64,000 nucleotides of DNA, from NCBI GenBank assembly GCA_951406725.2, contig OX597820.1, positions 114,514,001 to 114,578,000 on the forward strand. The letters run 5' to 3'. This document shows, piece by piece, positions 1 through 11,795 of this stretch. The notes beneath the pieces were generated by a model that ran no database searches, was not told the origin of the DNA, and was given only the letters and a program-made list of their open reading frames with translations. Every line of letters begins with the position of its first letter. Position 1 is the first letter of the stretch. This stretch comes from Octopus vulgaris. Taxonomy: Eukaryota. Both the position numbers and the translations under genes were made by a program.

Positions 1-235
1 ATAAGTCCTAATATTGATTTTTTGTAAGGACAAAAAGTCCTTCAATATACAAATAGACTGGATAAAATAAGATTGCATAGCATTCTTGCCTTTCCTTGAG
101 ACATAAATGATAAGTACAGTGACTAAAACAAGATATTTCTAGTATATAATAGTAAGATAAAAGAACCATATGTGTGTGCGTGTGTGTGTATGTGCATGCA
201 AGTGCATGCATGCATGTGTATCAATGCAGTTTGGT

Positions 236-1350
236 TTTGTGCCAGGGAGAAGCAGTACCGTTGCTGTCTTCTTTGTAAGACAACTGCTTTTAGCCAAAAA
301 AAACTGCTGTATTTGACATTTGTCAACATAGAGAAAGGCTTTGATAGGATCCCTTGCTTCCTCATCTAGTGTTCAGTGTGAAAACTAGGGGTAGATGAGT
401 AGTTGGTGAGAGCCATTCAAGCCATGTACAGGGGTGCTGTCAGTAGGATGAAAGTCAACTATGTGTATAGCAACAAATTTGGTGAGCGGGTAGAAATTTA
501 CCAAGGAGCGCTTCTTGGTCCTCTCTTGTTTATCACAATCCTCCAAGCCATAACAGAGGAATTCAAAACTGGTTGCCCATGGGAGCACCTGTATGCTGAT
601 GACCTTGTTCTTATAGCTGAATCTCTAGTAGAATTAGTGAAGAAATTTCAGGTGTGGAAGTAAGGACTGGAATCAAAGGGCCTTAGATTTGATTTAGCAA
701 AGATCAAAGTATTAGTAAGAAGAAAAGCAAACAAATTAGCAACACCTTCAAGGAAATAACCCTACACGATATGTAGTGTGGGTAGAAATTCCATAGAGTT
801 TACCCAGTGCAAAGTATGGATATATAAGAGGTGTAATGAAATAACAGGAATATTTATAGAGAAAGTTGTTTTTATGTCTGGAAGATGTAAAAAAAAAAAA
901 AATAAGGCCTAAGAACACACAGGAAACAGATTTCTTCCAATGCCCAGGGCAACCCTTAGAGGTACAGACAGTTTCTGTTACATAGGTGACCAAATTAGCA
1001 GTGAAGGAGGATGCTCCAAGAGTGTAATTGCTGGACTAAGATCTGGCTGGGCAAAGTTCAGAGAGCTATTACCTCTGTTGGTACCAAAGTGCTTTTACTT
1101 CAGAGTGAAAGGGTTGGACGGTTCGACCGGGGTTCTGGGAAGCCAGAAGGCTGCACCAGGCTCCAGTCTAATCTGGCAATGTTTCTAGCTGTAGAAACAT
1201 TGCCAGATTAGACTGGAGCCTGGTGCAGCCTTCTGGCTTCCCAGAACCCCGGTCGAACCGTCCAACCCATGCTAGCATGGAGAACGGACGTTAAACGACG
1301 ATGATGATGATGATGATGAAAGGCAGGTTGTATGGTGCCTGTACGTGAAT
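236..1350 (+). mobile_element. RTE-clade LINE, decayed reverse-transcriptase fragment, interrupted at 1111-1316
   Basis: Frameshifted RT motifs LYLTFVNIEKGFDRIP, QGALLGPLLFITILQAITEEFKTGCPWEHLYADDLVL and FCYIGDQISSEGGC...WAKFRELLPLL; reading resumes as KGRLYGAC after the insertion. Confidence 0.9.
1111..1323 (+). mobile_element. 5'-truncated RTE 3'-tail copy with a perfect fold-back duplication and (GAT)n tail
   Basis: 1111-1187 is the exact reverse complement of 1192-1268. It ends in ccatgctagcatgg...gttaaacga(tga)n, with apparent TSD TGAAAGG at 1106-1112 and 1317-1323. Confidence 0.85.
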
Positions 1351-1475
1351 AGCTTTGATATTATGCTCTTTACTCACCTGAAAGTTTATTCTAAAGCATA
1401 AGTATATTGAGTTCTAACAATTGGTTTTTTGTATTGCTATGCCTCAGTGAAATCATAACACACACATTTTGTATT

Positions 1476-1995
1476 ATCATCATCATCATCATCGTTTAAC
1501 GTCTGCTTTCCATGCTAGCATGGGTTGGACGGTTTGACTGTGGGCTGGCGAACCAGATGGCTGCACCAGGCTCCAGTTTCTACAGCTGGATGCCCTTCCT
1601 AATGCCAACCACTCCGAGAGTATAGTGGGTGCTTTTACGTGCCACTGGCATGGGGGCCAGGCAGGCAGTACTGGCAACGACCTCACTCGAATCCTTTACA
1701 CATGCCAATGGCACAGGTGCCAATAAGGTGATGCTGGTAACAATCCCACTCGAATAGTGCCTCCTACCTGCCACCGGCACGGAAGCCAGTTAGCCGCTCT
1801 GGCAACGATCATACTCGGATGGTGCCCTTACCACCCTACTAGCACGGGGAACAAGTGCCAGTAAGGCGAAGCTAGCAATGATCACACTCGAATGGTGCCT
1901 TTTATGTGCCACTGGCACAGAAGCCAGTTAGCCGTTCTGTCAACGATCACGCTCGTATGGTGCTCGTGCCCGTCATCAAATTTCACTTTGATTTT
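1476..1995 (-). mobile_element. RTE 3' UTR copy with hairpin repeat array
   Basis: (ATC)n plus gtttaacgtc...catgctagcatggg tail and several gtgccactggcac units; same family as 8784-10275 and 62573-63125. Confidence 0.85.
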
Positions 1996-2218
1996 TGAAT
2001 TTCGATTTTGTATGTTATATACATATACAGGAAACCCTCACTTTACGGAAGTAATGCAAAATTGATTTTGGAATTGATTTTCCAATTTTCATATTATCAA
2101 GTGAGATTGTGTAAATACGGACTTTTATGAAAAAGAAAAAAAAGAAGCACGAGAAACAAAGCAATACAATCACCTTTATACATAAAAATACTTTTTCCTG
2201 AACATACACAGTGTTATA

Positions 2219-2619
2219 TCTTTATATATAAAAGAGAGGTTGTGTGCTGTCTGTCTCCTACGATTTAGATTCCTAACTACTCCCACATTTTGCGGTGCAG
2301 TTTAACCAAAACCGGGTATCTTATAGTCGTGATTCATATCGAGCCCTTCTGGGTATTAGCGCGCGTCTATGATGAGTCTACGATTTAAAAAAAAAATTTA
2401 CCATCAATTTTTTTCCATTTTAATGCATTTTTTTCGCTATTATATAAGGGAAGTAACTCTCTAAAAATGTCTACGATGAGTCAACGATTTAAAAAAAAAT
2501 TTACCATCAATTTTTTTTCCATTTTTAATGCATTTTTTTGCTATTTTTTGGCTATAACTCTCTAGAAATGCTTATATAGTTATTTCCCTTACAAACCCGA
2601 GCAACGCCGGTGCTGCTAG
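2219..2619 (+). mobile_element. Non-autonomous Helitron-like element
   Basis: A|TC start, subterminal GC-rich hairpin-like cccgagcaacgccgg, CTAG|T end, no TSD; internal tandem duplication of about 100 bp. Confidence 0.7.
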
Positions 2620-2759
2620 TAGATACATAAAAAAAAAAAAGAAACATTTAAAGAGGAATGAGCAAGGGAGTTAATAAGACTTGTAATATCATAAGAGTAT
2701 GTTCTTACCACAAAAGACGTTAACAACAGTGTGAGGGGAGGGAATGAGGATTACTTGAA

Positions 2760-3090
2760 GGATGAGAAACAACATTTACTATGAGTGAAGAACTTATGCA
2801 AACATATTGTTGTTTCTGACACATCATCTCTTTGTACAGCACAGTATAGGAACTGAGCTCACTGTAAACTCCTTTTGTAATGAAGATCCAAAAATATCCA
2901 GCAGTGTCATCATATTTTGTTTGGAATTGTATGTTTTAGCCACAGTAAGTTCAGACAGTAAGGCTGATTAATTGCAATTAACTAAACTGCTCAAAGGTTT
3001 TAAAGCATCAAAATCCAAAAATGTCTTGGATATTGGTAGTAGACTTGCTAAGGAAGAATATATGCTGTCATTTTGCTCTGAAAATCTATT
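2760..3090 (-). mobile_element. Decayed hAT (ZMYM1-like) transposase C-terminal fragment
   Basis: Minus-strand translation RFSEQNDSIYSSLASLLPISKTFLDFDALKPL...ELTVAK resembles the region preceding the hAT dimerisation domain; contains stops. Confidence 0.5.
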
Positions 3091-3099
3091 ATCTAGCTG

Positions 3100-3927
3100 T
3101 CCCATGCTAGATAATAGATCGCCTCAGACTGGCCAGCATGACAGCTCGCGAGACCATTAGCACTGGATAACGACCCATCAATGACAACACGGTACAATGT
3201 CGACTGGCTGCCAACAACCTGCGTTGCCATCATCCTGCTTGAGGGTCTGTCCTCACCGCCCGACATCATCAGGCATGACTACAATGGACTACACAGCACT
3301 GACATTGGTGGCATCAACAATGGAGGTCGATAGTCTTCTCTGATGAGAGCCGGTACTGCCTTTCCACCTCAGATGGGTGAGTGAGGGTGTGGCACAGGAG
3401 GGGTGAATGCTACAGAGATACATGTGTCATGGAGAGAGACACGCGGGTTGGCCAAAGCATCATGGTTTGGGGTGCATTAGGCCTGAATCAGAGAATTGAG
3501 CCCCATGGGTTCCAAAATGTTGGTGCAGGCAGAGGGGATGGTATCACAGCGCAGCACTACGTTGACCAGATCCTAAGACCTCACATTATGCCCTTCTTCA
3601 CGCGTCACCATAGCCATGTGTTTCAGCAGGACAATGCTCCTTCCCACATGACCAGGGTCGCTATGGACTTCCTGCATCAGCACAATATCAGAACCATGTG
3701 TGGCCAACTCTCAGCCTGGATTTGAACCTAATTGAACACCTATGGGATGAAATCCAGAGATGGCTAAACCAGGTGGTTCCAAGCCTAACAACTCATGTGG
3801 AACTGGAGGCAGCCTTCCTCAGGTATGGGCACAGGTGTCAATGGATTTTGTGAACCGCCTCATGCACTCCATGTACCAGCAGTGTATGGCCATTTTGAAC
3901 ACCTAGGGAGGGCATGCACAGTATTGA
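3100..3927 (+). mobile_element. Tc1-family DD34E transposase pseudogene
   Basis: VFSDESRY, SIMVWGA, FQQDNAPSH and DLNLIEHLW motifs, with stops and frameshifts. Confidence 0.9.
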
Positions 3928-3968
3928 AAATGTCACACCCTACACTCTCGATGTGCTAGCTCTGGCTA

Positions 3969-4110
3969 ATGATCCGGTTCTTGACTGAGGATAGAAAGCT
4001 TCGAATGACCTGTTCTTGTTTTTTGTATCGTCTATCTGGATGTTTTGTTGTCCCTTTTTGTATCACCTAGTTGTCCAAATATTTTGCGTTCTTGTCCCAT
4101 TTTGTATTTT

Positions 4111-4152
<42 letters not shown>

Positions 4153-4993
4153 GCGTACGTACACTTTGTTCTCTTATATGTAAGTACACATTTTACTAAA
4201 TTTTGTACGATTCTACTTCTATCAACCCTTTCATATTCGTTCATTCTACTCTTTGTTCTTTCTTTCCCCCTCTCTCACATTTCTTTGCCTTCTTTTCTTA
4301 CTCACTTTTCATTTCACTATGTCCTGGTTATTTTTTCTCAACCCTCCTTAATTCTTCTGTCCATCTGCTTCTACAACTCTCTCTCTTCTCTTTCCCCTCC
4401 TTAATTCTTTTGTTCCTCCTTTTCTCTCTCTTCTCTTCCCACATGACCGATAGGCCAGACTGCTAGCTCTCTCTCTTTGGGTCTGATTGTGGTTAGCGCA
4501 ACATCAATACTCTTCCCTGTGTTTGTGAAACTTTTGTATCTCTGCTGTAAGGCTCCATTTCCACACATGCCAGCTGAATTCAATTCGTCCCCAGTCGATA
4601 GACACCTGTTGTTATGTCCTGTTATTATTATTTTTATTGTATTTATATTCGTGTAACATCGTCTGTTTTTCCATCCTTGTTTTCGTATACATTCCATGTT
4701 TTCTTCCAAGGAATCTAATGCTCTTAGCTTAGTTCTTCCTTGGGGCTGGCCAGATTGGAGCAATCTCAAAATTAATCAGCCGAAATTGCAAGGATGATCC
4801 GGTTCTTGACTGAGGATAGAAAGCTTTGAATGACCTGTGCTTGTTTTTTTGTATCGTCTATCTGGATATTTTGTTGTCCCTTTTTGTATCACCTAGTTGT
4901 CCGGATGTTTTGCATTCTTGTCCCATTTTGTATTTTATATATATATAGCGGCATACGTACACTTTGTTCTCTTATATGTAAGTACACATTTTA
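3969..4993 (+). mobile_element. Non-coding element bounded by ~200-230-bp direct repeats (period 825 bp), probably Penelope/pLTR-related
   Basis: 3969-4197 matches 4794-4993 with few mismatches; each repeat starts near CTGAGGA-TA-GAAA-GCTT; no TG...CA LTR ends or PBS seen. Confidence 0.6.
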
Positions 4994-5269
4994 TATATAT
5001 ATATATACACATAAATATCTGGTCAATGCTTCTATAATCTGCTAATGGTATTGACCAAGTATGATGATGGTTGATTGATTATACCAAATAAAATAGTATC
5101 CATGCATCTACATAACTATATGGCTAAATATAGATTGTTTTTGTTTTATTTTGTGGTACCATAAACTTAAAAGTGCTCTCTACTGCTTGGTGTTAGAAGT
5201 GTATCAGTTCTGATTTATGTGTAAGGTGAATATGGAATACATGTGTATATGTGTATGTACAATGTATGT

Positions 5270-5307
<38 letters not shown>

Positions 5308-5432
5308 ACACACACACACACACACTCACACACTCACATATGTCTATATGCATGCACAGATATAAATACATGCATATATATGTATGTATGTATGTGTATG
5401 GGTATGAAAATACATATTTGTACATGTATGCA

Positions 5433-5507
<75 letters not shown>

Positions 5508-6357
5508 ATGTACATACATTTGGTATAACCTTTCCTTTCTATCCTTTTTCTACCGTAATTACATTTTAAAGATTTTTTCCCTTCTCTTATCATAATCTGA
5601 TGGCTACTACCGAGAATAATTTGGGATATTTCCAGCTGAGTGAATGACAGAAAAATATTGAAAGTCTGGTTATAATGATTCCTGTAATGTTCTGAATTGT
5701 GACCCAACTGGTCATATCTGACATGGTCATTTTAATAGTAAATTACTTTGAAATCACTTCTTGTCAAATCCTGAACTCTCCTTTTGACAAACCCGCACAA
5801 TCCCATATCTCTTGTGAAGAATGGGTCTAGCCATTATCACTGTCTTGACTGTAGTTGATTACTCTGGCCCAAAATTAACTCACACCAAATTTCACAATGG
5901 TTTATCAAGCTATAAATATATCCTTGATGATCTATCAGAGTAAAATAATCAATTCTTTCAGTTTGCAGTTTACCAGCAAGGAGAAAGCACTAAGAGCATT
6001 GAACAAACATAAAAATGCCTATTTTAGGTATTTCCAAACACATCAGGAGGTTGAAAACCTTGTTAAATCAATTAATTACTGTAAGCAAAGCTGTTTCTTG
6101 ATATTTTTCTTTTCTATTCATCAACCGGATTCCTGTATGAATGAGATTACCGAAAGCAAAGTTCTTTCAAGAGAAAGTGGCTAACCAAGTTGATTAGGGG
6201 GCAACAGATAACCAGTAAAGAGTTCAGCAGCTTGTACCCTCACTAGGATTGCATCTATCCAGGGCCAAAACATCTAACTCTCTCTCCCACACTTGCTTTC
6301 TCTCTCTTTATTGCCTGGCTGATTGCCTGCCCACCTGCCTGCCAGCCTGCCCACCAG

Positions 6358-6469
<112 letters not shown>

Positions 6470-6960
6470 CACAATCGTGCAGTGTTCAACAATCTCTGAC
6501 CTGTGGACTTATGTCGAACGCCTGCTGTCATGTGTGGAACGTGTCGGTTTATCAGCCAAGTCTATCGTTAATATCGTCACGCCTCCTTCCTTCAAACGGG
6601 AAGGAAGAGCTATTTTTATCATACTTGTGACTATGGCGAAAGAATGTATCTGGTGGACGCGCCTGAAAGGATTAGAGACAAACACTTTCCTCTCTGGTCA
6701 ATCTCTCATCAACTTCTTCAAGTATCACTTGAAAAGGAAAGTAAGAGTAGAGAGGCAAGTTTTGTTTTAAAAAAAGATGGGTGAATGTAGCAAGGCACAT
6801 ATGAATGACGAAGCCACCTTGAGTATGATCCTATGAACAGTAAAAATTTAATACAGAGAGTTACTTATTTGTAAAAAAAAAATGTAACATGTGACTTCAC
6901 TGACCGAGGTTGCTGTGGTCTTTTCCATAGGCTTTTCTTTCCACGGGTAAACCTCACCTG
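6470..6960 (+). mobile_element. L1/Tx1-like LINE ORF2 C-terminal fragment and 3' UTR
   Basis: IVQCSTISDLWTYVERLL...AKECIWWTRLK...FFKYHLKRKVRVER resembles the sequence following the zf-RVT finger. Confidence 0.6.
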
Positions 6961-7217
6961 TCTTTCCCTTTACACTTTATATTGACATTTCTGTGATAAC
7001 GATCCCTATTGATTGATTTTTTCTTTTTCCTTTTATTTCTACTCCCCCCCTTTTTTTTTTGCTTTTTTTGCAATATTATTTTATATTTTATATTGAACTC
7101 ATTTTTGTTTATCGCTCGCATATGACCGTTATTTGAAAGGACCAATCAAACAAGTCCGTTTTTAAAGGTGTAACGTTTATACTAGTCTTGATAGAATTGT
7201 CATATCGGTTCTATTTT

Positions 7218-7270
7218 AACAAAACTGTCAGACGAATGGGAACGTGAAACTCCGAGTAACAGGTTTTGTT
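7218..7270 (+). ncRNA. Minimal type-I hammerhead ribozyme-like motif within a ~190-bp repeat (7105-7297)
   Basis: Stem I aacaaaactgt/acaggttttgtt; core cAgacga (one mismatch to CUGANGA); stem II atg-ggaa-cgt; GAAA; short stem III ctc-c-gag; GUA triplet. Confidence 0.65.
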
Positions 7271-7634
7271 GAATTTCTGCTGCTTTTAAATAAAGTATAT
7301 ATATATGTGTGTGTGTGTGTGTGAGTGTGTGTGTGTACATATATGTATATGCATATATATGTGTATGTGTGTATGTATATATAAGGAAAAAATGCCAAGG
7401 TAGAAAATGCTAAAATATTTTTATAAAAAACATTTCAGTACCAGTTTTGTTCATTGAGGCTTTTTCAATTGTAATTATGGAAAACAATTAAATTTTGGAG
7501 AAATTAACTGACACCTATATTAAAAGAATCTTTGCATAGTATTCAAATACAAGGGGCATTTCCCTTGTTTCTGCCTGTCTCTGTCATTCTTGTTTACTCT
7601 TGTGAGTTCAAGGTCATTGTGAATTCTTGGCAGA

Positions 7635-7737
7635 GAGGAGGAGGAGGAGGAGGAAGAAGAAGAAGAAGAAGAAGAAGAAGAAGAAGAAGAAGAAGAAGAA
7701 GAAGAAGAAGAAGAAGAAGAAGAAGAAGAAGAAGAAA
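7635..7737. repeat. (GAG)n/(GAA)n microsatellite
   Basis: Pure purine triplet run visible directly. Confidence 0.95.
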
Positions 7738-8509
7738 ATAATGCATGAGTGCTATGGTAGGAGTAGGATGTTAAATGGTCAAGTGCCCTGAAAGTGACTT
7801 GTTGTGGATGGTAGCAGTGATTGAATTCATGTGTATAATATTTACTTAGGTGTTATTCTAAACAGCAGTAGTAGGTGGATGCTGGTTGTCCATCCATCCA
7901 CCACCTATTCATCTATCAATGCACTTCAAGTCCAGCCTGTAGTTATTAGATACCACAGGATGGCATAAATCACTGTGGCCAATAATGGCAGCACTTTTGA
8001 GCTGGTGAGCAATTTATTGTCCTACAATGTAGAATGCATTACCTCGTCTTTGAGTGTATAGACAATTCTTCAGGCCACAGAAAACTGTTTTCTGTTATTC
8101 ACTTAATTCTAGAAAAAAACAGAAATCTCACTTCCTTGACCTCCGTTATGGAGTATTTTGTTTTACAGAAAGAGTTGTAGATGAAGTGAACACATTCCCA
8201 TATAAGAATTAAGAAGTAAAGAATGATTTAAATATACTGTAAGATATGTGAAGGTAAGGAATGCTAGCCTGATGATATCACAGTATGTTTATTAGCCAAC
8301 ATTTCTTACATTCAAGGAATATTTACTCAATTTTTCTTATCTATCAATCTTTTTTCGTTAATTCATTGCTATAAACACTATTTTTCCCTGTTTAGATGAA
8401 AGACCTAACAAGTTACTTAGTTCAGTACCACTGCCCGCTCCTTGGGTGTTTTCAGTGTAGTTTGCTTAATTACATGTACCTGTTACATATGCCCGGTGTA
8501 TGATTTTAA

Positions 8510-8701
8510 CCCTTTAGCACTTAAACTGACCATCTCTGGCCACAGTATTTTACCTGTTTTTATGTTCAGACCAACCAGATTTGGTCTCTCACTCTTACTC
8601 TACAATGTCAATCTCAAAGCTAGCGAATAATGCATGATAAATTGAAAACAAAATAAATAAATAAGCATTACTTTTCACAGAATAATCCGAATTCTAAAGG
8701 G
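8510..8701. mobile_element. TTAA-flanked MITE (piggyBac-type ends)
   Basis: TTAA|CCCTTTAG...CTAAAGGG|TTAA. Confidence 0.75.
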
Positions 8702-8783
8702 TTAAACTGTATCTGATAGTGGAGCTCTGGTCTGGGAGTTCCAGGGTTTTTGAGGAGTATGGAACTATCCCATAGCCACTATT

Positions 8784-10275
8784 CATCATCATCATCATTG
8801 TCATTTAACGTCAGCTTTCCATACTGGCATGGGTTGGACGGTTTGACTGAGGACTGGCGAGCTAGAAGGCTGCACGAGGCTCCAATCTGACCTGGCAAAG
8901 TTTTTACAGCTGGGTGCCCTTCCTAATGCCAACCACTCTGAGAGTGTAGTGGATGCTTTTATGTGCCACCAGCACGAGGGCCAGTCAGGCGGTATTGGCA
9001 ATGGCCATGCTCAAAAGGTGCTTTTTATGTGTCACCTGCACAGGAGCCAGTCCGGCAGCACTGGCAACCATGTTTTCATGTTCCACTGGCACATGTGCCA
9101 GTAAGGCACCAGTAGCAACAACCACGCTCGAATGGTGCTTTTTACGTGCCACTGGCATGGGAGCCAGTCAGTGGCCCTGGCAACAATCATGCTTGGATGG
9201 CACTTTTAACGTTCCACTGGCATGAGTATCAATCAGGCAGTACTGTCATCGGCCATGTCAGTGATTTTGATTTCACTTACCTCAACAGGTCTTCGAAGCA
9301 AAGCTTATTGTCTAACGAATGAAGGGTACTCATAAGAGGGCTGGTTATACACCACTGGCATAGGCCACGGGTTATGGTCTCACTTGGCTTGTCGGATTTT
9401 CTCAAGCACAGCATATCTCCAAAGGTCTCAGTCACTAGTCATTGCTTCAGTAAGGCCCAATGTTCGAAGGTCGTGTTTCACCACCTAATCCCAGGTCTTC
9501 CTGTGTCTACCTCTTCCACAGGTTCCCTCAACTGCTAGGATGTGACCCTTTTGCACACAGCTGTCCTCAACCATTCAGAACATGTGACCATACTAGCGCA
9601 GTTGTCTCTCTTGCACACCACATCCGATGCTTCTTAAATCCAACTTTTCTCTCAGGGCGCTTACACTCTATCATGTATGCACACTGAAATTACCAATCCA
9701 GTGGACCATACTGACTTCATTCCTCATGTCCTCAGCAGTCACAGGCCATGTTTCACTGCCATGCAGCATGGATGTTCATACACATGCATCATACAGTCTA
9801 CATTTTACTCTGAGCGAGAGGCCCTTCATCACCAGCAGAGATAAGAGCTCTCTGAACTTTGCCAAGGCTATTCTTATTCTAGCAGTTACACTTTCAGCAC
9901 ACCCACCCCTGCTACTGACTTGGTCACCTAGGTAACGGAAGCTATCAACTACTTCTAGTTTTTCTCCCTGGAATGTGACAAAAGCTGTTCTCTGCACATT
10001 TTCAGTGTTTATTGCTCCTGAGCATCTGCCACTAACAAAAACTATCTTCCCAGTTAGCCTTCCTTTGATATTGCTGCACCTCTTATGTGTCCATAGCTAA
10101 CACTGAGTACATCTTATAAAGTTTCTACCTACGCCTTTTCTACAGATTTAGCAGGGCCATCTACTTGAAGGGATTTGTGGTTTGTCTGCCTTCCTACTAA
10201 TTAAGACTTTGCTTTTAGCTAGGTTGATTTTAAGGCCCTTCGATTCTAATCCTTGCTTCCACATCTGAAACTTCT
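8784..10275 (-). mobile_element. RTE-clade LINE 3' half: RT C-terminus with Cys-rich insert, 3' UTR array and (GAT)n tail
   Basis: KFQMWKQGLESKGL...CRKGVGRNFIRCTQC...HKRC...LEVVDSFRYLGDQV...GLSLRVKCRLYDACV is contiguous with the tail family, which links the dispersed (GAT)n-tailed repeats to this LINE. Confidence 0.9.
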
Positions 10276-10409
10276 AGTTCTGATAGTGGTTCAAAGATAT
10301 ACTCTGACCCAGAGTAGTAACATCTGTCATGGTCCCAGTTATAGGTTACTTAGCTTGCCTATCTATGCACTTGAAGACTGGATTTGGTGGTCTTTATGGA
10401 AGAAACTTT

Positions 10410-10574
10410 GGCGCAGGAGTGGCTGTGTGGTAAGTAGCTTGCTAACCAACCACATGGTTCCGGGTTCAGTCCCACTGCGTGGCATCTTGGGCAAGTGTCT
10501 TCTGCTATAGCCTCGGGCCGACCAATGCCTTGTGAGTGGATTTGGTAGACGGAAACTGAAAGAAGCCTGTCGTA

Positions 10575-10613
<39 letters not shown>

Positions 10614-10829
10614 TTGTGTGTCTGTGTTTGTCCCCCTAGCATTGCTTGACAACCGATGCTGGTGTGTTACATCCCCGTCACTTAGCGGTTCAGCAAAAGA
10701 GACCGATAGAATAAGTACTGGGCTTATAAAGAATAAATCCCGGGGTCAATTTGCTCGACTAAAGGCGGTGCTCCAGCATGGCCACAGTCAAATGACTGAA
10801 ACAAGTAAAAGAGTAAAAGAGTAAAGAGT
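10410..10829 (+). mobile_element. tRNA-derived SINE family 1, full length
   Basis: A-box-like tggctgtgtggt, B-box-like ggttcagtccc, cttgggcaagt core, internal (TA)n(TG)n, (GAGTAAAA)n tail. Confidence 0.9.
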
Positions 10830-11315
10830 TCAAGAGAGGGGAAGTGGCAGCAGTAATGCATTGTGGACTGCAGTGAGTGAAATGAGGCAAGTAAGGTATC
10901 TTGGTCATCCACTACATCTGTCTCCATCCCCAATTGTTTTAACCTGATCTTGTCACTGAGTTGAATGTAGTCATGGACAAGAGAGTGAGGATGGGGTATA
11001 CAAACTATTCTTCACTTTTAGCAAAGTCACTGTACAAGCTACGAGTCATGATTAGGATAGTTAGATGGATGGTCCTCATTGCTCCAACATGACCTGGACC
11101 CGGACTTCTCACTGTCCATGATTTTCTTCCAGGTATTAATTTATAGATTTCCCAGCTGAACATTAATTGCATCTCATGACCCTGAGAGTGCTGGCAAAGG
11201 TCATGGGTTCTTTCACACCTTTCTTGACTAACTTATGGAAAAGAAAAGAAAAAGCCTCTCTAATTTCTTAATATTCCCCAAAATAAATAACTAAACAAAT
11301 AAAATAAATGCCTTT

Positions 11316-11753
11316 ATGGTTGAGAAGTTTGCTTCCCAACCGAATGGTTTGGGATTCAGTTCCATTGTGTGCAAGTGTCTTCTACCAAAGCCCTGGGCTG
11401 ATCAAATCCTTTTGAGCGGATTTGGTAAACAGAAGCTGAAAGAAGCCCAATACATGTGTACATGTGTGTGTGTATGTGTGTGTATGCACACACGTGCACA
11501 TGCACACGCATGCATGTGCGTGTGTGGCCTTCTCTTTCACAAGGTATTGTAGTTGCAAACAATCATGATTGTCATACAAGCAGTGTTCTTTGATTCCAGT
11601 CTGTGACAACCTGTAAGGTTAGGAAGAAATATCACCATGTTTGGCATGGCACCCTGATTAGTAACATGCATGACATCTGGCCAAAGAAAATCCGTTTCAA
11701 TAAACTTCATCCATGCAAGCATGGATAAATGGGTTTTAAAAAATGACAAAGAC

Positions 11754-11785
<32 letters not shown>

Positions 11786-11795
11786 CAACGATGAC
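11316..11795 (+). mobile_element. Older SINE with family-1-like head and RTE-type (GAT)n tail
   Basis: Head aligns with 10410; 3' end is ccatgcaagcatgga...(gat)n. Similar copy at 45040-45450. Confidence 0.6.

Noticed and set aside
3335-3360. CTGATGAG as a hammerhead core
   Set aside because: It encodes the FSDES motif of the Tc1 transposase and has no downstream helix/GAAA arrangement.
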